Of a DNA stretch of 20,000 bases, positions 7,239 through 14,843 are shown in pieces. The notes under the pieces were generated by a model that made no database searches, was not told the origin of the DNA, and saw nothing but the letters and a program-made list of their open reading frames with translations. Both the position numbers and the translations under genes were made by a program. The stretch comes from an uncultured virus (IMG/VR IMGVR_UViG_3300025132_000002). Its lineage: Duplodnaviria; Heunggongvirae; Uroviricota; Caudoviricetes. The stretch lies in IMG/VR virus record IMGVR_UViG_3300025132_000002; one strand, 5' to 3'. Numbering within the stretch: the first letter of the stretch is position 1; each line of letters opens with the position of its first letter.

Positions 7239-9402
7239 CTTCACCCTCTATGAGATGCAATCTCTCTTCGGCGTCTTCAGCAGAAATCATATGCTTCCAG
7301 ATACGGCGCATTTTAGCCAATGGAATGTTATGATTGATTGGGTAGCCCAGGTGATTGGTAAGGTTGTCGGACAGCTTAATCTTCAGCATACGATTATCTA
7401 CAGCCGCTACAACAATGTGCCGATCGTAGGCGTTTGCCCCAGTGTCTTTTTTGATCGTGAAGGAAACCCCCTTTACAGTTGTCGCTGTGATACTGCTGGC
7501 GCTGACACGACTAACTTCACAGTCAAACACTTGGTCAACAAACTCTCGGCCATTACGAATGGCGTGTTTAATCTGAACGTGCGCTCCTTCAGGAATACCC
7601 ATCACAACACTTCTAAACAATGACGAAGCATAATCTTCGGGTCTCGGCGCCCACTCGATACTGTTGATAGCGGTAGAAAATAGCTTCTGTGCCTCCATCT
7701 TCGTATGGTGGGTAAGCTTCTCTACATCAACAATCTCTACGTTCTGGTTAAGCTTGGACCCTCTAATCTTAGCTGTGGTCTGCGCAATGACTTCACCCTT
7801 GTAGTTAGTCCAAGCATTCGCACAAGCCTCGAAAAGTTCAACTCCCCACCCCACGTCATCGAGAAACACGGTAGGAGGAGATGGGAACATGGAGCCCGCA
7901 GCAAGTGCCATAGCCATAACGATCGTTCTAAGTTCAGATCCAGAAGGCGCTAAGTGCAGCTTGCCGTTTCGGAGAAAGCCTACCTCTCGCCGTTCAAGGT
8001 TAATATGCAGCACTCCCCCTTTTAGGTGTTGTGGGGACGGCATAAAGAACCGAGTCTTCTCTAAGAAGTCATCGAAGCGGCTATCTACCAGTTCAGCCTT
8101 CTTCAGCTTGAACACCGTTAGGCTGGCTTTGATCTTCTCCAAGCTGTCTTTTGCCTTGTGCAGCTTCTCTTGGCGGCTCTGTTCCTGCTTGTATCGAAGC
8201 TTTTGCAGGTTGATACGAGAGATAACCGTCTGAGCCTGGCTGATCTCTACCTGACACTTCTCTACTGAATACTCGGGCTTAACGTCTACCTTGACATGAG
8301 AAGACATCACTCTCAGCTCAACTTGCCGCTTCTCTTCCTCTTTCATCACAGCTTCGATTTCTTGGTTGATCTGCCGCAGTAGCTCAGTGTCTACAGCGTT
8401 TTGGATCTTCCAGATCGCACCCTGAAAAGACAAAGCTTTATTCTTGAAGTAAGACTCACTGCTGTCGTTGCCTACAGCCTTTTTAATGTTTTCCGAAGAT
8501 TCGCAAATAGGGCATATGGGCAGCTCATGCTTAGCCGCAAAAGCACAAAGTATTTCTGCCGCACGGTAAGCCTCTAATCTGTCTTCGTCTAAACCAGGCA
8601 AATCCGCCCGTTGTTGTTGTAGCTCAGACAGCTTCTCTCTGAGATGGTGAATGTCGCTTTTGATAACGTCAATCGCGTGACTATCTACCTTCTTGGAGTT
8701 TTCCCAAGTCTGCCTTGCCACAAGCTTACCTTGCCAAAAGGACAAATCCTCTTCAGCCGCGTCTAACTGCATGGGATTAGGCGGAACAACACTCGAATCG
8801 GCCTGACTTAGCAGGGTGTTAATCTGATTCTTTGCGTGCTTCTCGTTGTCTTTTAGGTGCTTGATCGTAGAATTTAAAGCTTCGATAGGGGTAGCAGTCT
8901 TCTTTCTGAGGTAACTATTAAGTAATGTGAGGTTGTCCCCTAACAGCCCGCTTCTGATATCGGGGGCCTTTACGTTTCTCACAACAAATCGGACTAATTC
9001 ATCGACCATCTTTTCTGGGGTGCGCGCCAAAATCTGCTTAATGTCGGGCGCAATGTTTGCTCCCTGCGGCATTTTGTACCCAGACTGCCAGTTACGGGGG
9101 ATAGATCCTGACTTGCTCTCTACAATACTAACAGAAGACGTACCTTTGCTATGCTCCAAAGTAACGTGGATATCTTCTCCGGCATTAAGACGGTCTCGGA
9201 TTAAGCGCCCGTCAGTTACATGCTTGCCTAAAATGTCGATGAAACAGCTTTTGGTAAGGGCCGCTTCAATAGAAGATACGACTGAGCCCTTGCCCGCCCC
9301 ACTGCTACCCACAAATACCTTAACGTTTTTAGTATCGTCAAAGTCTATGGTAGTGGGCTGCGTTACAGCCATCATGTTTGTTGTAATAGTTTTAAGCTTC
9401 AC
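7231..9402 (-). CDS. Rad50/SbcC (SMC-like) ABC ATPase with zinc hook and C-terminal extension
   Basis: Likely GTG start at 9402 with GAGGA RBS (MKLKTITTN); Walker A GSSGAGKGS; coiled coils flanking CPIC (8503-8514); signature PSGSE; Walker B VFLDD. Confidence 0.8.
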   Translation of the reverse strand: MKLKTITTNMMAVTQPTTIDFDDTKNVKVFVGSSGAGKGSVVSSIEAALTKSCFIDILGKHVTDGRLIRDRLNAGEDIHVTLEHSKGTSSVSIVESKSGSIPRNWQSGYKMPQGANIAPDIKQILARTPEKMVDELVRFVVRNVKAPDIRSGLLGDNLTLLNSYLRKKTATPIEALNSTIKHLKDNEKHAKNQINTLLSQADSSVVPPNPMQLDAAEEDLSFWQGKLVARQTWENSKKVDSHAIDVIKSDIHHLREKLSELQQQRADLPGLDEDRLEAYRAAEILCAFAAKHELPICPICESSENIKKAVGNDSSESYFKNKALSFQGAIWKIQNAVDTELLRQINQEIEAVMKEEEKRQVELRVMSSHVKVDVKPEYSVEKCQVEISQAQTVISRINLQKLRYKQEQSRQEKLHKAKDSLEKIKASLTVFKLKKAELVDSRFDDFLEKTRFFMPSPQHLKGGVLHINLERREVGFLRNGKLHLAPSGSELRTIVMAMALAAGSMFPSPPTVFLDDVGWGVELFEACANAWTNYKGEVIAQTTAKIRGSKLNQNVEIVDVEKLTHHTKMEAQKLFSTAINSIEWAPRPEDYASSLFRSVVMGIPEGAHVQIKHAIRNGREFVDQVFDCEVSRVSASSITATTVKGVSFTIKKDTGANAYDRHIVVAAVDNRMLKIKLSDNLTNHLGYPINHNIPLAKMRRIWKHMISAEDAEERLHLIEGEDA

Positions 9403-9412
9403 TAGTTGTTCC

Positions 9413-9781
9413 TCACCGGGGGAAACCTGCCCCACGCTTTAATATTTTGTGACTGGTTATTTTTGCGCTGAAAGAGTTGGTTAGTTCTTTGATTGCTTTG
9501 TTGTGATCAAATGGCTTACAGCTAAATATGTCTACAAAGCAGTAACCTTTTTCTTGAAAGGTGTGAATAGAGCAATGACTTTCAGCTAACACTACTACTC
9601 CTGTAACCCCGCAATCTTCAGGTACCTTGCCTGAATACCTAAACACATTCGGCTCAGATATTCGGGTCATGCCAATATTTTCGGGAAGCTCCATGAGTAT
9701 ACTATGTATTAAGTCTATATCACCAAGCGCTTCGTTGTCGCACATACTTAAATCTAGTATTAGATGAGGCCCAAAAAACAT
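9413..9781 (-). CDS. speD: S-adenosylmethionine decarboxylase proenzyme family (pyruvoyl-dependent, short SpeD/SpeH type), 122 aa
   Basis: GPHLILD, GVTGVVVLAESHCSIHTF (E-S autocleavage site), VDIFSCK, C-terminal RG; probable start ATG 9781, 1 nt after the upstream stop. Confidence 0.93.
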   Translation of the reverse strand: MFFGPHLILDLSMCDNEALGDIDLIHSILMELPENIGMTRISEPNVFRYSGKVPEDCGVTGVVVLAESHCSIHTFQEKGYCFVDIFSCKPFDHNKAIKELTNSFSAKITSHKILKRGAGFPR

Positions 9782-9782
9782 A

Positions 9783-10319
9783 CTATTCCCAGTAAAGCTT
9801 GTATACAGTAAGAGTGCGGGGACGACCACGAGCAGTCATGTATGTCTCTTGCTCTTGTTCAGCCCTGATAATGGTTAGCGTCTTGTCGAAGTCAGGGCCG
9901 ATGACCTTAGCTACCCGGCCAGTCTCCAGGGCGGCGGACACAATTTGACCTGTGACTTTGCCCACCCGAATAGCGCCCGCAGAATGGTCTGTGAGGTTGA
10001 TGCCGCTGGCGTGGGGTAGATCCCTGCGCGGGTCGTCAGGATCCATTGTACGGTCCAAAATGGCCCCTTCAGCCGGCACCACGAACTCGGTGAAGCGGTA
10101 GGCGTCATACCCCTCTGGGCGACCCGTCACCCAATCCACATACATACTAAAGTTACGGCCACATTCAGACTGGGTAAAAGCATCTGAAGCCTTGATAAGA
10201 TCACATTGTCCGGCCCAGCTTTCTTTCAAGTGCTGGAAATAAGGGTCTTGGCAGTCTGCGTACTTCTGCCCCATTGGGTAAGAGCTAAGATAAAGTCTAT
10301 TAGGTGTGCTGGGTTCCAT
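9783..10319 (-). CDS. Hypothetical protein (178 aa); faint resemblance to nucleoside deoxyribosyltransferase-like fold
   Basis: ATG 10319 has GGAG RBS (alternative start 10331); RLYLSSYPMG and GKVTGQIVSAALETGRVAKVI loosely echo NDT/DUF4406-type motifs. Confidence 0.6.
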   Translation of the reverse strand: MEPSTPNRLYLSSYPMGQKYADCQDPYFQHLKESWAGQCDLIKASDAFTQSECGRNFSMYVDWVTGRPEGYDAYRFTEFVVPAEGAILDRTMDPDDPRRDLPHASGINLTDHSAGAIRVGKVTGQIVSAALETGRVAKVIGPDFDKTLTIIRAEQEQETYMTARGRPRTLTVYKLYWE

Positions 10320-10352
10320 TGTTTTCTCCATGAGATTAGGGCCTCTGCACCC

Positions 10353-10381
10353 CTATTATTGGGGGGCGTCGAGACTGTCAA
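10353..10381 (-). promoter_or_regulatory. Candidate sigma70-type promoter TTGACA-N17-TAATAG
   Basis: Perfect -35 hexamer in the intergenic gap after the polymerase, oriented towards the downstream four genes; -10 is a weak match. Confidence 0.45.
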
Positions 10382-10401
10382 GGGGTAGGGTTGAAGAATC
10401 T

Positions 10402-13386
10402 TCAAGTAACGTCTTTCAAGGTGCGCCCAGTTGAAGCTTCGCCCGATATTGGGAACTCCCACCCCGGTATGTTCAAGGTGAAAGCGTCTTCAAATATTTC
10501 TTCCATCTCTCGTATTTCTTTTGGTAAGTCTGAGCGTTTGTAGTATTTAACTTTCTCTGGTTTATACACATCTTGGGGTTTCCAGTATTTGTGCATACCA
10601 GCAGGTAACGCCCACTCCACTGCAATAGAATCATGGCACTGGTATATGATACCTGTTCCTGGCCCTGTCTGGTCTCGGGGAAAGCGCTTTTCAATACGGC
10701 CTTCTATCATAGCCATAACTTCCGGCTCAGTAGCCAAAACTCCAAAGTTAACTGCCTTGTTAACGTCGTCGCCCATGTTACCAGACTTTCTTTCGAACAG
10801 ATAAGACTGTACGTAGCCATTGTCTCTATAGAAGTCTTGCTCTTTTTGCCAAGCCATTTCCCATTCGGGCTGACCCCTAAGCCAAGCTTCGTGCAGCTTC
10901 ACAACTTCTAGCGGCTTCATGTGCATGTAGGGCATAGACTTCTGTATGATCTCAAATATGTTAAGGTCTATTGTACCTTCGGCTAACCCCTTGTGCCAAT
11001 CAGTCGGAAGGTCAAACTCCGTAGCTGTCAGCACGCGCCAAACGGTTGCGGGAGACGCACCGTATACGGAAGCATAGATAAATATCTTAATGGTATTCCG
11101 CATAGCATCAGCGGTACTGCCGGGGTCAGGCTTTTTCTCCAACCCATTATACCCCGTAGCCCCAGTAAACCTTTTACCGAATGTAGTATACGCATTGTAG
11201 TTATGCGGGTCATACCCTTTTCGGATCGCCTCGCACAGCGCGGGTATCTTCCACACATTCGCTATAATAAACAGGTGGGCCTGATTCACATCTGCCCCAT
11301 AGAATATTCTACCGGGAGGCGCTGCGAATACCTTTTTCAGCGGGCCTTGACCTTTCTTGTTGCCGATGTTCTGTACGTTGGGGCCTCTAGAAGAGTATCT
11401 TCCGACGTTAGTTAAATGCGCGGAGAAAGACGAATGTACTCTGTTGTCTGGGTATAAGAACGATTTAGTGAAGCCTTTGCTTCTACCGTTCTTACCGATT
11501 ATAGGTTTTTCGGGGGCCAAGGGTCTAAGCGTGGTGCCTACAATCTTACCCCTAATACGGCGGAAAACCCTAACAAGCTGCATAATCTCAGCTTGTTTCT
11601 GGTTCAATACACCAGAAGCAATGTAGTGCCTGTGTACAACATCGGATGTAGACAAGTCACCATTGGTAGTCAGAAAGTCTTTCTTGCTATATATGGGTTG
11701 GCCGTCATCGTCTTTAATGCCGGACTCCCAAAGTGGAGGTAAATCCCACTTATCGAAGTAAAGCCATCTTAGGTGACGGGTAGAGTTAGGGTTCATCTCG
11801 TCACCAGATATTTCTTCCTGGCTTAGATGAATGCCCTCCAGCATAAGTAACTGTTGTAGCCTGTTCCAGATGTAGGTATACTCCTTTACCCCGGCAGACT
11901 CTAAAGCGCCCCGCTTATGCTGGTCAATCCACAAACCTACCTTGGTCATCCTAACGCCACGATCTTGCCGCTCGTGGTCAATATCACAAAGAGATGGTAC
12001 CCCAGGATGAGGCCACCAGTCTAAGCCTAGATACTCTTTTCTAATCGGTAGAAAGTATCCGGTGGCCGCTGCCAATCTACGCAGCTCGGGCCAAATCTTC
12101 AGGTTAACTTGTGTATCGGTTCCGTTGTACTTTAACAGCTCGTCATCATTAGTCGACCCGGTTGCAATAGACTCTTCTTTATCGTCACTATCCCATTCCC
12201 CTACATCACAGTAGGTTCTACCAGTAGGTTTAAGGCCCTTTGGAATAGAAGGGTTAGCAGCACGAGCAGGTAAGATTGTGTCAATAAGAGGTGTAGGCGT
12301 TATACCAAAGTTGGCTTCTGCGTTTAGTCTATCGAACTGCCCCGCGTTATGCCCTATCTTTAGGATGTTGGGGTCTGTCAATAACTTTCTGCACAAATCT
12401 GCTATTTGCTTTTCTTCTTGCTCGGAATAAAAACGGGTAACACCATCAGTCGAAAGTAATGATACGCAAGCAAGCTCGATAGGACCATTCTCAATACCGT
12501 TTTCCCACCTAGCAAAAGCAATCGTACGTGTAGGTATCTGCGAGGGCCTGAGCCCTTGTCTATGCTTTGGGGTTTCGACATCGTAACACACAATGGGTTT
12601 TGTGTACTGGTGAGAGTTTCTATCAGAATGAAACGTAGGTCTTATGTCTTCAATCCATTGATCGAACTCCGCAGGTGTTGGCCGCCATAGTATGGATGAG
12701 GGTTCTTCCCAGTTTAGGCTATCTCCAAAAAAGCGCAACCCTTTTCTAAGATCGTGCATCCATCTATCAAAATAAGCCGGAGCCCTGTCTACATAGCCGG
12801 GGCTATACGTAGGCAGAACTTTCCGATGGGCGCCTGGGTAGTCTTCGCTAACCTTCTCCCAGTTTACGTCAATCTTCCAAGGACTGCCGCGAACCTTTTT
12901 TATGCCGCGCCGAATACCCGTTAATGCACGGGTTGATATCTTACCCAGCGTAATAATATTATCGTAATCAGCCGCAGCTTTTAATAACCTAGGGCGGCAG
13001 CATGTTTCAGGGTGCGGAAGAGAATCAAATCCCTCTGCGTTTCGCCTTTTGTTAAGGCGCTTTAGCTTATCTTCCATACGACGATAGGCCCCGTTAATAG
13101 GGCCTGGAGGACGACACGCCAAAACAGAAGTAACTGAGAAGCTATCTCTGCGTTCTTTTAGTTCCCACAACGCTCTAAGCCAAGGGCCGCCCACATCAGA
13201 CGAAGAGAAGTAATGCCCAGTACGGGCATCTTCTTTTGCAGGTGCGTCCAACACAACAATAGCATTAGCATTTTTGTGGTGTTCTGTTTTTAGGGGGCGC
13301 CAATCAAAGGCGAAAGCCCTTAGATCACCAGAAGGCCCGAGGGGGCATTTATCACAGTCGGCTCCATCACACCTTGGATCGTACAT
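10402..13386 (-). CDS. polA: Family A DNA polymerase with N-terminal family-4 UDG-like (Fe-S) domain and 3'-5' exonuclease
   Basis: UDG-like CDKCPL, LDAPAKED, ACRPP, ITLG, RG, PTYSP; Exo I YDVET, Exo II HNAGQFD, Exo III YNGTD; GRYSSRGPNVQNI; motif A ADVNQAHL; motif B RNTIKIFIYASVYG; motif C CHDS. Confidence 0.93.
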   Translation of the reverse strand: MYDPRCDGADCDKCPLGPSGDLRAFAFDWRPLKTEHHKNANAIVVLDAPAKEDARTGHYFSSSDVGGPWLRALWELKERRDSFSVTSVLACRPPGPINGAYRRMEDKLKRLNKRRNAEGFDSLPHPETCCRPRLLKAAADYDNIITLGKISTRALTGIRRGIKKVRGSPWKIDVNWEKVSEDYPGAHRKVLPTYSPGYVDRAPAYFDRWMHDLRKGLRFFGDSLNWEEPSSILWRPTPAEFDQWIEDIRPTFHSDRNSHQYTKPIVCYDVETPKHRQGLRPSQIPTRTIAFARWENGIENGPIELACVSLLSTDGVTRFYSEQEEKQIADLCRKLLTDPNILKIGHNAGQFDRLNAEANFGITPTPLIDTILPARAANPSIPKGLKPTGRTYCDVGEWDSDDKEESIATGSTNDDELLKYNGTDTQVNLKIWPELRRLAAATGYFLPIRKEYLGLDWWPHPGVPSLCDIDHERQDRGVRMTKVGLWIDQHKRGALESAGVKEYTYIWNRLQQLLMLEGIHLSQEEISGDEMNPNSTRHLRWLYFDKWDLPPLWESGIKDDDGQPIYSKKDFLTTNGDLSTSDVVHRHYIASGVLNQKQAEIMQLVRVFRRIRGKIVGTTLRPLAPEKPIIGKNGRSKGFTKSFLYPDNRVHSSFSAHLTNVGRYSSRGPNVQNIGNKKGQGPLKKVFAAPPGRIFYGADVNQAHLFIIANVWKIPALCEAIRKGYDPHNYNAYTTFGKRFTGATGYNGLEKKPDPGSTADAMRNTIKIFIYASVYGASPATVWRVLTATEFDLPTDWHKGLAEGTIDLNIFEIIQKSMPYMHMKPLEVVKLHEAWLRGQPEWEMAWQKEQDFYRDNGYVQSYLFERKSGNMGDDVNKAVNFGVLATEPEVMAMIEGRIEKRFPRDQTGPGTGIIYQCHDSIAVEWALPAGMHKYWKPQDVYKPEKVKYYKRSDLPKEIREMEEIFEDAFTLNIPGWEFPISGEASTGRTLKDVT

Positions 13387-13652
13387 TCAGCCCACCCACA
13401 ATCTGTATCATGTGCATTAAGTAAGTCTTCAGCTTCTATAAAACCGTTTACATATGCTTCCAACATAAAAGCTTGACGATTTCTGAAAGCCTTGAAATAC
13501 GCTTTATCATAGATGTGCGGAGTCGTCAACTCAACTATTCCGCCGATGGCGGCCCAAAACAGTTCTTCTGTTATTTTTACCCTCATAGTTCCGTACGTAA
13601 CTGTATTGGTGTTTACGCATGGTTCGGGGTAATCGTCAAATATTAAATCCAT
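13320..13652 (-). CDS. Hypothetical protein (110 aa)
   Basis: Fills the gap between 13661 and the polymerase; last 67 nt overlap the polymerase start. Confidence 0.55.
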   Translation of the reverse strand: MDLIFDDYPEPCVNTNTVTYGTMRVKITEELFWAAIGGIVELTTPHIYDKAYFKAFRNRQAFMLEAYVNGFIEAEDLLNAHDTDCGWAECTIQGVMEPTVINAPSGLLVI

Positions 13653-13660
13653 AGTGCCGC

Positions 13661-14047
13661 CTAAAAGGGTAACAGGTTGTTTCTTTTGACTGCTAAGTTA
13701 TACAAGCCGATAGCCCGACCAACAGTAGGGTGTTTGTTTAGTATTATATTATCTGCCGAGCCAACCATTATTGTATGCGTTTTGGTGTCTAAATCAAAAG
13801 AAGCTTTAATCTCGGGCCACCCTAAAGCTTCTTGCAGCATACCAACTAAAAAGTAATCAGACAAATCTGGTACTAACTGGGAGTTACTTTGAATAGAAGT
13901 TACAAATGCTGTATGACTCACCATAACTCGTTTCTGGTGTCCGTATTCAAGGTCAATAAATAGCAACCCTGTTCGACACACAAAGCCCGGCAATGACTTT
14001 ATCTTTCGGGCCACGGCTACTTCGTACTGATTTAACATAACAGCCAT
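13661..14047 (-). CDS. Hypothetical protein (128 aa)
   Basis: ATG with TAGGA RBS; in operon orientation; no recognisable motif. Confidence 0.6.
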   Translation of the reverse strand: MAVMLNQYEVAVARKIKSLPGFVCRTGLLFIDLEYGHQKRVMVSHTAFVTSIQSNSQLVPDLSDYFLVGMLQEALGWPEIKASFDLDTKTHTIMVGSADNIILNKHPTVGRAIGLYNLAVKRNNLLPF

Positions 14048-14070
14048 TAAATATCCTAATAATAAATCAG

Positions 14071-14097
14071 ATAAAACTAAGGGGGCAAAAAGCCCCC
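14071..14097 (-). terminator. Intrinsic terminator after the SSB-like gene
   Basis: Minus strand GGGGGC-TTTTT-GCCCCC followed by TTAGTTTTAT, intergenic, about 25 nt after the stop. Confidence 0.7.
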
Positions 14098-14121
14098 CAT
14101 AAATAAACTACTTAGCAGTGA

Positions 14122-14826
14122 CTAGAACGGAACGTCGTCGCCATCACCTTCGTCAGAACCGGCTTCATCTGCACCACCGGAAACCATTGCGTTGATCTTG
14201 TCGAAAGACGCAGGCTTAGACTTTGCGGAAGGCACCTTATCCTTCATATCGTCCCAGCTTCCAACAGGCACAAGCTTCGTGCGACCTGAGTAGTAACCGG
14301 AAAGATCTTTTTCCTGAAGGGTCTTAGCCATCTCTGCGTGGTCGTTAGTGATCTGGCCGTACCGAGCTGCCTGCTCAGTCATTGCAAACAGCTTACCCGA
14401 AGACGCAAGACCTTCTGCCATTGTTCCCATGATGTAGTCAGGAGTAAGGTTGGCGGCGGTTTCATTGCCTGCCTCTACCTCACCAAGCACAAAGCTGAAC
14501 AAATCCATGTAGCCGTTGTCAGTCTTAACGCCGGCACATTCCAGAAGACCCTTGAACTCGGACTCAAAGCGCGCAGTTTCTCGGGCCTTAAAGTCTTCCG
14601 TCAGTTCCTTCTTAGCTCGCTTAGCGGCACCAGCGGCATCTTCACCCCAAACATCGGCGCGATCTACCCACTGCTTGTTAAAACGGAACCCGTAAACAGC
14701 CTTACCGTTAGGGGTCGCAGTCTTGGCTTCGGTAATCTGTTCTACCTTATAGCCAGGAGTGAACCCACGACGAGCACCAGGGGTGCGGGCTTTACGATTT
14801 GCAAGACGAGAAAGAAAATCAGACAT
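14122..14826 (-). CDS. Putative single-stranded DNA-binding protein
   Basis: Acidic flexible tail ending SDEGDGDDVPF (SSB C-terminal-like); position after an AAA_24-like ATPase and before PolA is typical. Confidence 0.65.
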   Translation of the reverse strand: MSDFLSRLANRKARTPGARRGFTPGYKVEQITEAKTATPNGKAVYGFRFNKQWVDRADVWGEDAAGAAKRAKKELTEDFKARETARFESEFKGLLECAGVKTDNGYMDLFSFVLGEVEAGNETAANLTPDYIMGTMAEGLASSGKLFAMTEQAARYGQITNDHAEMAKTLQEKDLSGYYSGRTKLVPVGSWDDMKDKVPSAKSKPASFDKINAMVSGGADEAGSDEGDGDDVPF

Positions 14827-14843
14827 AATGTTTTCCTATTGCT

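Noticed and set aside
10402..13386. Polymerase as a pseudogene or intein-containing gene
   Set aside because: Uninterrupted 994-aa frame with catalytic and exonuclease residues intact; the length is explained by the UDG-like domain and short insertions, with no intein motifs noticed.
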